Source of the DNA: an uncultured Ectothiorhodospiraceae bacterium | Lineage (GTDB): Bacteria; Pseudomonadota; Gammaproteobacteria; UBA9214 | DNA: 64,000 nt | Direction: 5' to 3' | NCBI GenBank assembly: GCA_964564245.1 | Contig: CAZMAK010000006.1 | Coordinates: 1,213-65,212, forward strand | In this document: piece by piece, positions 42,200 to 52,095 of the stretch | Layout of the letters: each line of letters starts with the position of its first letter | Position numbering within the stretch: the stretch's first letter is position 1 | Notes under the pieces: generated by a model | The model's input: only the letters and a program-made list of their open reading frames with translations | The model's database searches: none | Told to the model about the DNA's origin: nothing | Position numbers and translations under genes: made by a program

Positions 42200-44665
42200 C
42201 TATCTGCCGCCGGAATCCGGGATAATCACACGCTCGTCAGCGCCGGGCACCAGCAGGGCCGCGACGATGTACAGCAATACCGCCAGCAGTATCACCACGC
42301 CAAATCCGAAGTGAACCGCCAGCAGTGTAGCCAGCACGGCACTGACCACCGAGGCACAGCCGTTCACGCCCCACGCCCACGGAACGAGGTCCGGTGAGTG
42401 CTTCGCCAGGCGTGACAGTCCAAGCGGAAACGGCAGTCCCATGCAAAAGGCCAGCGGCGCAACCATACCCAGTGTCAGTGCAATCCGGGCCGGGAATGAC
42501 CAGCCGGTAAGCACCTGCGGCCAGTCGTGCAGCAATACCAGCCAGGCAATGGCGATCACGGCAATGCCCGCAACTGCGTACCTTACACCTCGCGCCTGGC
42601 CCTGGTGTCGTGACCAGCGCTGACTCCACAGGCTGCCAAGTCCGGCAAAGACCAGGAAACCGGTCAGCGTGGTGGCAACGGCGTACAGCGGATGATGCAG
42701 CAGCAAGGTGAAGCGCTGGATGAACGCCATCTCGATGAACAGAAATGCCAGTCCGATGGCTGTGAAGTAACCGAACACACGCCAGCGCCCGAACGGGACC
42801 GGCACCGCATCCGAACGCCCGCGCAATACCAGCAACGGCAGCAGGATCAGCACGAGACTGGCCAGCAGAGACTGTAACAGGGTGGCGACCAGCACCAGGT
42901 AACCCCATTCCAGCAACGGCATGCCACCCTGCCCGCGCAGCGCCAGGATCTCGGGTAATACCTTCCACTTGAAGAAGTGGAAAAAATACGGCCGGTCGTC
43001 GGTAGCCGGGTCCAGCGCGTACTTGTAGTCAGCGAGAAACTGCCGCCGCCCCGGCCCGGCCAGTTGCACAGCGGCCTGGTAGAAATACGGTTCGCGCAAG
43101 TGGTTACTGCGATTGGCCTCATCGGCCTGCATGCCCGGATACCAGGCCACATCAAAGCCCCAGCGGCGCACGAAACGGCGCATCCGCTCGATCTCCACGC
43201 TATTGAATGCCGTGTTCTTCACCAGCAGCGTCGCCGTCTGCCAGCTGCGGACCAGCACCAGCTGGTCGGTCGGGTGCGCTGCGCCGCCCTGCTGCAGCGC
43301 ATCCAGCGCGGTAGCGAACAGCTTGAGCATGTCGCGTGGCGGAAGGGTCACCCAGCGCGTGATCGACAGGTAGCCTTCCGGATTCAGGTGTGCGAGATAG
43401 TCGCGCAATGCCTCGACGGTGTAGAGATAGCTCTCGTTGAGTGCATACAGGCCGGCCGAGGCCGCACCGAACGCGTCCAGCAGGGCAATGTGTATCAGGT
43501 CGTAATGCGCGGTACTGCCGGCAACAAAACCACGCGCCTCCCCGACATGAACGTCGGCCTGCTGATACAGGTGCCCGGCGAAATCCGCGTAACGATTACG
43601 CACGAGATCGATGATTTGCGGATTGATCTCCACCGCCGTGACGTGCGACACGGCGTGCGACAACGCCTGCAATACGTCCATACCGGCACCGGCACCCAGT
43701 ACCAGCGCCTGGTCGATATCACGCATCCGGTAAGGTAATGCAGCGGTGGACTGACCGAGCCAGGCAAGGGCAGAGCGATCACCACGGTATTGCGTGATGG
43801 CGGTCATGCCATCACCATCGGTGAATACACCCAGTTGTGCCGGCGGTTCCTGTGTCGCCAGCAGGCTCAGTCCGGGTGCATACCGGAACGGTACCTGGCT
43901 GCTTTCCACCACGCTCAGCAGGCCCAGCGGGCTGGAGTATTCCCCGGTTACGCGGGTGCCCGGTATCTGCAACGTCTGGCTGAGCGCCTTGTAGGGCGAG
44001 AAGCGAAGTTCGCTGCCGAGAGCGCCGGCCACCAGCACGACCGCGGCCACACTGACCAGTACCGGCAGACTGCGCCAGCCGGCCAGCCCGGTTTCGCGCG
44101 CCCCGATCACAGCGGCCAGCAGTGCCAGCAGGCCGATGGCGACCAGCGCCTGCAACGGGGTAACCAGGAACAGCAGGCTGATGATGAGCAGTCCGCCCAG
44201 CCCGGCGCCCGCCAGGTCAAAGGCGTATACACGCCCGATAGACTTGTCGAAATGCATCAGGGCCAGCGCCAGCGCGGTGGCTGCACACAGGAACGGCGCC
44301 GCCAGCAGCAGGTACAGCAGCAGCAACCAGGCCGGCTGGTGCCAGTCCCACAGTACCAGCTCGGCATTGAACGGAATCTGCTGTGCCGCCAGGAAGCACA
44401 GCACCGCGCTGACCGCAAAGGCCATGATGCTGCCGGTGTAGACGGCGGCAAAATGGCGCAGCATGGGCTGTCGCAGCAGGGTGACGAGCGTGCCACTTAC
44501 CCCGTAACCCAATAGTGCCAGACTGATCACCATGTAGGCGAAATGGTGCCACTGGATGATCGAGAACAGCCGCATCAGCAGGATTTCGTAGGCCAGCACG
44601 GTCACAGACAGCAACGCCACCGAGATGACCGGCGCGCGTGGTGGTGCACCGACCTGCCGGTTCAT
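42200..44665 (-). CDS. Polytopic membrane protein with an embedded spermidine/spermine synthase-like domain
   Basis: At least 12 predicted helices flank a central SpeE-like Rossmann domain (LVLGAGAGMDVLQAL ... VTAVEINPQIIDL ... DLIHIALLDAFG). Confidence 0.65.
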   Translation of the reverse strand: MNRQVGAPPRAPVISVALLSVTVLAYEILLMRLFSIIQWHHFAYMVISLALLGYGVSGTLVTLLRQPMLRHFAAVYTGSIMAFAVSAVLCFLAAQQIPFNAELVLWDWHQPAWLLLLYLLLAAPFLCAATALALALMHFDKSIGRVYAFDLAGAGLGGLLIISLLFLVTPLQALVAIGLLALLAAVIGARETGLAGWRSLPVLVSVAAVVLVAGALGSELRFSPYKALSQTLQIPGTRVTGEYSSPLGLLSVVESSQVPFRYAPGLSLLATQEPPAQLGVFTDGDGMTAITQYRGDRSALAWLGQSTAALPYRMRDIDQALVLGAGAGMDVLQALSHAVSHVTAVEINPQIIDLVRNRYADFAGHLYQQADVHVGEARGFVAGSTAHYDLIHIALLDAFGAASAGLYALNESYLYTVEALRDYLAHLNPEGYLSITRWVTLPPRDMLKLFATALDALQQGGAAHPTDQLVLVRSWQTATLLVKNTAFNSVEIERMRRFVRRWGFDVAWYPGMQADEANRSNHLREPYFYQAAVQLAGPGRRQFLADYKYALDPATDDRPYFFHFFKWKVLPEILALRGQGGMPLLEWGYLVLVATLLQSLLASLVLILLPLLVLRGRSDAVPVPFGRWRVFGYFTAIGLAFLFIEMAFIQRFTLLLHHPLYAVATTLTGFLVFAGLGSLWSQRWSRHQGQARGVRYAVAGIAVIAIAWLVLLHDWPQVLTGWSFPARIALTLGMVAPLAFCMGLPFPLGLSRLAKHSPDLVPWAWGVNGCASVVSAVLATLLAVHFGFGVVILLAVLLYIVAALLVPGADERVIIPDSGGR

Positions 44666-44689
44666 CGATGTGTGACCGGAGCGTTCACC

Positions 44690-45424
44690 TCAGTGTCCGC
44701 CGGTCAGGGGCACGAAGGTCACCGGCAGAATCTGCCGTGTCGTCACTTCCCCGGAAGCGGATTTTTCAACCAGCAGCAGTTCCTGCACCATGAATCGCGA
44801 CCCGACCGGAATGATCATGCGGCCGCCCGGCCTGAGCTGGTGTACCAGCGGCGGTGGCACATGGCTTGCCGCCGCGGTCACGATGATCGCATCGAACGGT
44901 GCCCGCTCCTTCCAGCCGTAATAACCGTCACCGATCCTGACCTCGACGTTGTCATAACCAAGCTGCTGCAATACGCTGCGCGCCTGCTCGCCCAGTTGCG
45001 GTACGATTTCGATCGTGCTGACCTGCGCCACCAGGGCGGACAGGACCGCGGCCTGGTAACCGGAGCCGGTACCGATTTCCAGCACCGAGTCGCCGTGTCG
45101 GGTCGCCAGCAGATCGGTCATCAGTGCCACGATGTAAGGCTGGGAAATGCTTTGCCCGTAGCCGATCGGTAACGGACGGTTTTCATAGGCATGCAGCTGT
45201 TCCGCCTCCGGCACGAACCGGTGGCGCGGTACCGCGCGCATGGAATCGAGTACCGCGCGATCCAGGGTTTCCCTGCCGAGGAATTCGGCTGTTTCCCGCA
45301 CCTTCCTGCTGATGAGGTCTACCATCGCGGCGCGTTCGTCGGCGCGCCCCTGCACCGCCTGCAGTCCGTCGCTCAGGGTAATACAGACCATTCCTGCCAG
45401 CAGCGCCAGCAGACACGGGGACAT
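44690..45424 (-). CDS. pcm: Protein-L-isoaspartate O-methyltransferase with an N-terminal signal peptide
   Basis: VLEIGTGSGYQAAVLSAL SAM motif and ISQPYIVALM. The N-terminus MSPCLLALLAGMVCITLS is signal-like. Longer upstream starts are possible. Confidence 0.75.
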   Translation of the reverse strand: MSPCLLALLAGMVCITLSDGLQAVQGRADERAAMVDLISRKVRETAEFLGRETLDRAVLDSMRAVPRHRFVPEAEQLHAYENRPLPIGYGQSISQPYIVALMTDLLATRHGDSVLEIGTGSGYQAAVLSALVAQVSTIEIVPQLGEQARSVLQQLGYDNVEVRIGDGYYGWKERAPFDAIIVTAAASHVPPPLVHQLRPGGRMIIPVGSRFMVQELLLVEKSASGEVTTRQILPVTFVPLTGGH

Positions 45425-45785
45425 GCTCCCGCCACGAACGCACCGGCCGGTCACCCCGGACTCCCGGTCAACAGGTTTCCTGGCAGAAATGTCCATCGGC
45501 CGTGAGCATAACGCAACGGCCCCGCGCAGGACCTGACCCGGATCAGTTAGAACCCGTCTCATATTCCACGCGGCCGCGACCGTAGCGATTTTTGTTTCCG
45601 GCAAGGCGCGGCGCGCGTGGTGTAGCCGTGTTACATGAGCGGGCTGCTACCCGGCCAGGGGCAAAAATCGCCCGGTCCCAAAGGGTTGCGGCTGAAAGGG
45701 TATCACCGGGATACGGCTGACGGTATCGACACAGGCTAAACGACTGAACGCGGTCGCCGCCCCGCCTGGCGGCAACCGGCTGCGG

Positions 45786-47252
45786 TCACACCCCGCGCTC
45801 TTCCATGCGGCGCAGGAACTCGCCCATGATGAGGTGGTAGAGTTCGGCCCCGAGGTAGCGATCCTCGACGCCGCGGTCGATGTTCGGATTGTCATTCACC
45901 TCGATGACGTAGCCCTTGCCGTCCTTTTCCTTCACATCCACGCCGTACAGGCTGTCGCCGATCGGCTGGGTGGCGGCCAGTGCCGCACGCAACACATCGC
46001 GCGGGACCTCGAAGGTCGGCAGGGTATCGTAGCTGCCACTGGACGTGCGGGCGCCACCATGCTGGTAGATCTGCCAGTGATTCTTCACCATGTAGTAGCG
46101 GCAGGCGAACAACGGCTTGTTGTTGAAGACACCGATCCGCCAGTCGAAATCCGTGTAGAAGAATTCCTGCGCCAGCAGCAGGGCGGAATTTTTGAACAGT
46201 TCTTTCAGGCTGGCCTGCAGTTCCGTGCCGTTGCGCACCTTCACCACGCCGCGCGAAAACGATCCGTCCGGGATCTTGACCACCATCGGGTAGCCGAAGT
46301 CGGCCTCCAGTTTTTCCACCAGCCCGGGACTGCCCTTGTGCAGGATCTGGGTGCGCGGGGCCGGTACCTTGCGGGTACGGAACAGATCGGCGAGGTACAC
46401 CTTGTTGGTGCAGCGCAGGATGGAGTCCGGATCGTCGATGACCACCAGCCCCTCGGCCGCCGCCTTGCGTGCAAAGCGGTAGGTATGGTGGTCGATCGCC
46501 GTGGTCTCCCGGATGAACAGCCCGTCGAACTCGGTCAGCCGCAGGTAGTCGCGAGCCTTGATGAGCTCGACATCGATGGCAAGATCCCGGCCGGCGCGGA
46601 TGAACTGCTTGAGCGCCCCGCTGTCACTGGGCGGAAACTTTTCTTCGGGATTGATCAGGATGGCCAGGTCAAAGCGGTAACGCCTGCGCTTGCGCGCCCC
46701 GCGCCAGACCTGGCGGCTGAAACGGTCCAGCGCCTCGGCAAACGCGGTCTGGGCATCGTCATCGAGATCACGCGGGGACACCGCCTTGAGCGAGACGACT
46801 TCCCAGGCATCGCGGCAGCGCAGGTCGATCTCCAGCACCGGACACGGCAGCAACTCGAACAGCTTGCGCACCAGATCGCGGTAGGCCGGGTCCGGGTTGG
46901 ACCCGAAATAGCTCATGAGCGTCAGTTGTTCGGTCCTGTCGTGGTCCGCGAAGCTGCGCTCCAGTGCCTGTGACAGGTCATTGAGCTGCAACTGGTAGAG
47001 GGCGCGTTTGCCGAGGTCGTTGAGCACCGTCACCGAGGGAATGACGTGGTGACCGCGCGCCTCGGCCAGCAGCGAGCAGTAGTAGCCATCCGCCAGGTAG
47101 CGGTAGCTCTTGCAGAGATTGATGATCCGGATCCGCTCGGAACTGGTGAAGTGGCCTCCGTCCAGGTAGGCCTTGAAGCTCATCACCTGGTCGCTGGGAT
47201 AAAACGGCGCCCAGTCATCCAGGTCGTCGACCACGATCAGGGTTCGTGACAT
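45786..47252 (-). CDS. RimK-like ATP-grasp ligase with a roughly 170-aa N-terminal extension
   Basis: The C-terminal 300 aa is a RimK-type ATP-grasp domain (PMVVKIPDGSFSRGV ..., GVDVKE...YVIEVNDNP). The N-terminal domain is unrecognised. Start set at MSRTLIVVDD. Confidence 0.75.
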   Translation of the reverse strand: MSRTLIVVDDLDDWAPFYPSDQVMSFKAYLDGGHFTSSERIRIINLCKSYRYLADGYYCSLLAEARGHHVIPSVTVLNDLGKRALYQLQLNDLSQALERSFADHDRTEQLTLMSYFGSNPDPAYRDLVRKLFELLPCPVLEIDLRCRDAWEVVSLKAVSPRDLDDDAQTAFAEALDRFSRQVWRGARKRRRYRFDLAILINPEEKFPPSDSGALKQFIRAGRDLAIDVELIKARDYLRLTEFDGLFIRETTAIDHHTYRFARKAAAEGLVVIDDPDSILRCTNKVYLADLFRTRKVPAPRTQILHKGSPGLVEKLEADFGYPMVVKIPDGSFSRGVVKVRNGTELQASLKELFKNSALLLAQEFFYTDFDWRIGVFNNKPLFACRYYMVKNHWQIYQHGGARTSSGSYDTLPTFEVPRDVLRAALAATQPIGDSLYGVDVKEKDGKGYVIEVNDNPNIDRGVEDRYLGAELYHLIMGEFLRRMEERGV

Positions 47253-47420
47253 CGATACCGTCCATTCGGTATATCTTGCCGGTGAGCGTGTGATTCTGCG
47301 CGTTGCCGCCGTACTCCGGCAAGAGGATAACCCGGAAATTTTCGCGATCCTGGCGAGAAATATTTTTCTTGCAACCGTACGTTCCCGGATTATGCTGCGC
47401 CTTTGGTTATTGGTGATCCC

Positions 47421-48521
47421 ATGTCGCTGCTTGCAGGTGCCCGGCCGTCCGCCGTCGAAGTGTTCCCTGACCACTACCAGGCGGCGCATGACCGCTGGCA
47501 GGCGGCGCTGACCGGTCTCGCGCTGTGCACCGACCGGTGCGAATTTCCGGTCGACGGCCGCTCCCCGCAGGGTGGCGCGCTGGTGACCGACTGCGCCTGG
47601 CTGGGCCCGGACACTGCCACCCGGGTGCTGGTTGTCATCAGCGGCACACACGGTATCGAGGGGTTTGCCGGCAGCGCGGTGCTGCTGGACCTGTTGACCC
47701 GCCTGCCGGACCGGTTGCCGGACGAGCTGGCCATCCTGTGTATCCATGCCCTCAACCCGTGGGGCTACGCCTGGCACCGGCGCTGTGACGCGGAAGGCAT
47801 TGACCTGAACCGGAACTTCATCGACTTCAGCCGGCCGTTACCGGCCAACCCGGGCTATCGCGACCTGCGCGCCGCCCTGTTCGACGAAAATGCCGTCCGC
47901 CGCCAGCAGGTGCTGGATCAATACCGCCGGCAAAACGGCCAGACCGCCTACGAAATCGCCGTCAGCGGTGGCCAGTACAGTGACCCGGACGGCCCGTTCT
48001 TCGGCGGTACCCGCCCGGCACAGGGCCGCAGGACCATCGAAGACCTGATCCACCGGTACCGGCTGGCGGAACGGCGTCTGGCCGTGGTCGATGTACATAC
48101 CGGGCTGGGGGCGTACGGCGTTGGTGAAATCATCTGCGACCATGCACCGGACAGCCGCGGGGCCGCCACCGCCCGCGCATGGTACGGCGCGGAATGCACC
48201 CTGCCCGCACTGGGCACCTCCAGTTCGGTACCCAAGCTGGGCCTGCTCGACTACGCATGGCATGCCATCATGCAGGCGGACAGCTGCTTCATCACACTGG
48301 AATTCGGCACGCTGGCCACGGAAAACCTGTTTGATGTGCTGTTGCGCGATCATCGCTTCCGTGCCCTGCACGGCACACAGCCCGTCGGTCACCCGGAATT
48401 TCCGTCCCTGGTCGAGGCACTGCGCACGCACTTCTGCCCGCCGGATACGGACTGGCGCAACCGGGTACTGCACCGGGCCCGGTCGGTGATCGACCGGGCA
48501 CTGGAGGGCCTGTCATCATGA
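47421..48521 (+). CDS. M14-family zinc carboxypeptidase-like protein (AstE/AspA / DUF2817-like)
   Basis: SGTHGIEGF (HxxE zinc ligands), NPWGY...NRNF, and later DVHTGLG and ITLEFG. Divergent from the ATP-grasp gene. Confidence 0.65.
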   Translation: MSLLAGARPSAVEVFPDHYQAAHDRWQAALTGLALCTDRCEFPVDGRSPQGGALVTDCAWLGPDTATRVLVVISGTHGIEGFAGSAVLLDLLTRLPDRLPDELAILCIHALNPWGYAWHRRCDAEGIDLNRNFIDFSRPLPANPGYRDLRAALFDENAVRRQQVLDQYRRQNGQTAYEIAVSGGQYSDPDGPFFGGTRPAQGRRTIEDLIHRYRLAERRLAVVDVHTGLGAYGVGEIICDHAPDSRGAATARAWYGAECTLPALGTSSSVPKLGLLDYAWHAIMQADSCFITLEFGTLATENLFDVLLRDHRFRALHGTQPVGHPEFPSLVEALRTHFCPPDTDWRNRVLHRARSVIDRALEGLSS

Positions 48522-49624
48522 GTGATGACATCCAGCTGCGTGATGTCACGGAGGGCGACCTCGAAGCATTGCTGGCACTGGAGGAACACTCCTTCATTAC
48601 CGACCGCCTCAGCCGGCGCAGCTTCCGTCACTGGATCAGCACGGACAGCCGCGCCTTTATCGTGGCCACGGCGGGCCAGCGGCTGGTGGGGTATGTACTG
48701 GTGATCTACCACGCCGGCACCCGCCTGGCCCGGCTGTACTCGATCGCCACCGACCGGCGGTTTCGCGGACGCGGCATCGCGAGCCGGCTGATCGGGGCCG
48801 GTGAACAGGCTGCCAGCGCCAGCGGGCGTTTTTTCATGCGCCTCGAGGTCGGAATCGAGAACCGTGCGGCGATCCGGCTTTATGAATCGCTGGGCTATCT
48901 GCGCTTTGGCGTCTACGAGGACTACTACGAAGATCACGGTCATGCACTGCGCATGCAGAAACGCATCCGAAATTACCGGGTGCACGAGCAACGCGTCGAC
49001 ATCCCGTGGATTCGCCAGAACACGCCGTTCACCTGCGGTCCGGCCGCACTGATGATGGCCATGCGCGGCATCAGCAGCGACTACACGCCTTCCGAGCATG
49101 AGGAGCTGCAGATCTGGCGCGAGGCCACCACCATCTTCATGACCTCCGGGCACGGCGGCTGTCACCCGCTGGGACTGGCGCTGGCGGCCCGCCAGCGCGG
49201 TTTCCGGGCGGAGGTCTGGATGAACCAGCGCCGGCCGCTGTTCGTCGACAGCGTGCGCGACCCGAACAAGAAGCGCATCATCGAGATGGTGCACAGGGAT
49301 TACCTGCTGCAGGCCCGGCAACAGGGCATCCGCATTCACTACTCGGATATCCGCCAGGAACAGCTGGTACACGCGCTGGAGCATCACGCCATCCCGCTGG
49401 TACTGATCAGCACCTGGAGCTTCGAGCGCAAGAAATCACCGCACTGGGTCACCGTCAGCGGCCATGACAGCGAATGCCTCTACGTGCACGACCCGGATCC
49501 CGCGGAGATGAGCCAGAGCGCACTGGACTGCCAGTACCAGCCGATCGCACGTGAGGATTTCTCGCGGATATCCGTGTTCGGACAACAGCGCCTGCGCACC
49601 GCCCTGATCATATCCAGAGACTGA
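48518..49624 (+). CDS. GNAT N-acetyltransferase fused to a C39-like papain-fold cysteine peptidase domain
   Basis: N-terminal GNAT motif (RGRGIASRLIGAGEQAA). C-terminal QNTPFTCGPAALMMAM catalytic Cys context and HWVTVSGHD ... VHDPD His/Asp. ATGA overlap with the M14 gene. Confidence 0.65.
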   Translation: MSDDIQLRDVTEGDLEALLALEEHSFITDRLSRRSFRHWISTDSRAFIVATAGQRLVGYVLVIYHAGTRLARLYSIATDRRFRGRGIASRLIGAGEQAASASGRFFMRLEVGIENRAAIRLYESLGYLRFGVYEDYYEDHGHALRMQKRIRNYRVHEQRVDIPWIRQNTPFTCGPAALMMAMRGISSDYTPSEHEELQIWREATTIFMTSGHGGCHPLGLALAARQRGFRAEVWMNQRRPLFVDSVRDPNKKRIIEMVHRDYLLQARQQGIRIHYSDIRQEQLVHALEHHAIPLVLISTWSFERKKSPHWVTVSGHDSECLYVHDPDPAEMSQSALDCQYQPIAREDFSRISVFGQQRLRTALIISRD

Positions 49625-49741
49625 CCCTTTCCATGCCGCGCATTGGCGGCCGGGCTTCTTTATAATGTAACGTCAGGACCGGCAGGCAGCGCGTGCGGCG
49701 CGCCACCCTGCCGCAGCTATCAACGCTTCATGGAGACCACC

Positions 49742-51031
49742 ATGTCCGATACAGCCAGGTTGACCGTCGACGGAAAGGACTACGAACTCCCGATCGTCAC
49801 GGGTACCGAGGGAGAACGCGCCATCGACATCACCCGTCTGCGCAGCACGACGGGGCTGACCGCGCTGGATCCCGCCTTCGGCAACACCGCCAGTTGCCTG
49901 AGCAATATCACCTACATCGACGGAGACAAGGGCATCCTGCGTTACCGCGGGATCCCGCTGGAGGCCTTTGCCGCACAACCGAATTTCGTCGAGGTCGCCT
50001 GGCTGCTGATCTTCGGGCACCTGCCCACCCATACCGAGTACGAGGTATTCAGCCGCGAACTGACCGAGAACGCCAACCTCGACGAGGACATGAAACACCA
50101 CTTTGCCGGCTTCCCGCGCTCCGCGCCGCCCATGGCCATCCTGTCGGCGATGATCTCCACCCTGTCCTGCTTCCACCCGCAACTGTTCGACCTGGAAACG
50201 GAAGACCAGCTGGAAAAGGCCGCCGCGCGCCTGATCAGCAAGATCCGCACACTGGCCGCCTACACCTACCGGCGCTCGCGCGGCCTGCCCTATATCTATC
50301 CCGACCCGAAGCTGCCGTATGTCATCAACTTCCTGCACATGATGTTTTCCGAGGTATACAGTCCGTACGTGCCGGACCCGGAAGTCCGCGAGGCGCTGAA
50401 CCTGGTGCTGATCCTGCACGCCGACCACGAACAGAACTGCAGCACCTCGACCGTGCGCATGGTCGGCTCCAGCCGCGCCAACCTGTTCGCCTCGTGTGCC
50501 GCGGGCGTCTCGGCACTGTGGGGCCCCCTGCACGGCGGTGCCAACGTCAAGGTGATCGAGATGCTCGAGGCCATCCACAAGGGAAAGATGACGGCGCAGG
50601 AATACATTACCGCGGCCAAGGACAAGTCGAGCGATGTGAAGCTGATGGGATTCGGGCACCGCATCTACAAGAACTTCGATCCGCGCGCGACCATGCTGCG
50701 CGAGGTCAGCCAGAAGCTGCTTGCCAAGCTCGGCGTGTCCGACCCGCTGCTGGAGATCGCACAGAACCTTGCGGACATTGCGTTACAGGACGAATACTTC
50801 CTGGAACGCAAGCTCTACCCGAACGTGGACTTCTACAGCGGCATCATCCTGCGTGCGATCGGTATCCCGACCAACATGTTTACCGTGCTGTTCGCGATCG
50901 GCCGCCTGCCTGGCTGGATTGCGCACTGGCATGAACAGAACAGCGACCCGAACATGCGTATTGCGCGGCCGCGCCAGATCTATACCGGCAACGGCCTGTC
51001 CGGATACGTGCTGATGGAAGACCGGAAGTGA
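49742..51031 (+). CDS. gltA: Citrate synthase (type II, hexameric)
   Basis: MSDTARLTVDGKDYELPI N-terminus, GFGHRIYKNFDPRA and the HEQN active-site region. Confidence 0.9.
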   Translation: MSDTARLTVDGKDYELPIVTGTEGERAIDITRLRSTTGLTALDPAFGNTASCLSNITYIDGDKGILRYRGIPLEAFAAQPNFVEVAWLLIFGHLPTHTEYEVFSRELTENANLDEDMKHHFAGFPRSAPPMAILSAMISTLSCFHPQLFDLETEDQLEKAAARLISKIRTLAAYTYRRSRGLPYIYPDPKLPYVINFLHMMFSEVYSPYVPDPEVREALNLVLILHADHEQNCSTSTVRMVGSSRANLFASCAAGVSALWGPLHGGANVKVIEMLEAIHKGKMTAQEYITAAKDKSSDVKLMGFGHRIYKNFDPRATMLREVSQKLLAKLGVSDPLLEIAQNLADIALQDEYFLERKLYPNVDFYSGIILRAIGIPTNMFTVLFAIGRLPGWIAHWHEQNSDPNMRIARPRQIYTGNGLSGYVLMEDRK

Positions 51032-51057
51032 CCGCATGAACCAACCAGGAGCAGCCC

Positions 51058-51282
51058 ATGCCTGACACACTGATGATTCTGCCCGCCAGCGACCCGCACG
51101 CCATCCGGCTGGTGCGAGTCCCGCGTGATTACGAGGCACACGAGGCGTTTCGCCACGTTACCGGGCTGATTGCGGCGATCGAGGAAGACGACCCGGACTA
51201 CGACTGGAGCGATATCGCGGCGTCACTGGCCGACCACGGATTCGAGGTCGTCGAGTTCATCCTCGGTCCGGCGCTGGACTGA
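51058..51282 (+). CDS. Small acidic hypothetical protein (74 aa)
   Basis: AGGAGCAG ribosome-binding site 5 nt upstream, 26 nt after gltA. No motif. Confidence 0.35.
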   Translation: MPDTLMILPASDPHAIRLVRVPRDYEAHEAFRHVTGLIAAIEEDDPDYDWSDIAASLADHGFEVVEFILGPALD

Positions 51283-51306
51283 TACCCGGGCCGGGTGAAC
51301 GTCCGG

Positions 51307-51954
51307 TCAGGCGGCCGGCGACCAGCCCGCACGGCTGTCCGCGGCCAGCTCCGGCACGCCCACCGCATCCCCCTGCCAGGCCAGCGTGGTCACCGAGCGG
51401 TACGGCTGGCGTCCTGCGAGATAGCCTTCCACGGCACGCTGCGTACGCCGGTCCACCAGGTACCAGAGCGGCTGCTCCACGGTGGGCAGTTCGGCCAGTG
51501 CGGCCTTCACCCGGCTATCCCAGCCTGCGGCGAGCCGGGTGATATCACCGGGCCGGATCACCTTGCGGCACCGGCGGCAGCCGCAGTCCACCGGCATCGG
51601 CTCCCGCAGGTTGAACAGCCCGTACTCGTCGGTAATCTCTTCGCCCGCCTCGATATCGCACAGGGCGATTTCAAAACCGTAACCGGTGCTCATGGTGTTG
51701 CATTCACACCGGTGATTGACGTATTTGGCGTGGTCCCAGCTCACTACGCGCCGGCCGCGCGGATCGATATAGGAATACTTGTCGACGATCTGGCGGTGGA
51801 TTTCATCCAGCCGTTCGAACTGGCGCGGCGTCAACTCGATTTCCAGCCCGTCCCTGACATAGGTGATGGTGCCACGGGGTATGCGCCGGGTCGCGAAGAC
51901 GCCGTGACCGATGTGCACACTGACCTGCCGCAGTTCGGTGGCGGGATGAATCAT
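51307..51954 (-). CDS. SET-domain protein (putative protein-lysine methyltransferase)
   Basis: NHRCECN (NHSCxPN-type motif), EEITDEY, and a post-SET Cys cluster CGCRRCR. Confidence 0.7.
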   Translation of the reverse strand: MIHPATELRQVSVHIGHGVFATRRIPRGTITYVRDGLEIELTPRQFERLDEIHRQIVDKYSYIDPRGRRVVSWDHAKYVNHRCECNTMSTGYGFEIALCDIEAGEEITDEYGLFNLREPMPVDCGCRRCRKVIRPGDITRLAAGWDSRVKAALAELPTVEQPLWYLVDRRTQRAVEGYLAGRQPYRSVTTLAWQGDAVGVPELAADSRAGWSPAA

Positions 51955-52095
51955 GTGACCCTCCTGGCGGTCAATGTCACGGGTACGATTGAAGAATCGA
52001 CCGGCAGGCAATGCCGGGCCCGTCTCCACCCGGCTGGATGCCGGCCGGAACACTCCTCTCGCAGGTGCCTGTCACGGGTTCCGGGTGCAGGGCGG

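Noticed and set aside
45605-45785. Possible tRNA, riboswitch or small RNA in the spacer between pcm and the ATP-grasp gene
   Set aside because: No cloverleaf-compatible sequence, no T-loop GTTCGA-like motif anywhere in the window, and no recognisable riboswitch consensus.
49673-50659. 328-aa minus-strand ORF inside gltA
   Set aside because: Antisense to citrate synthase.
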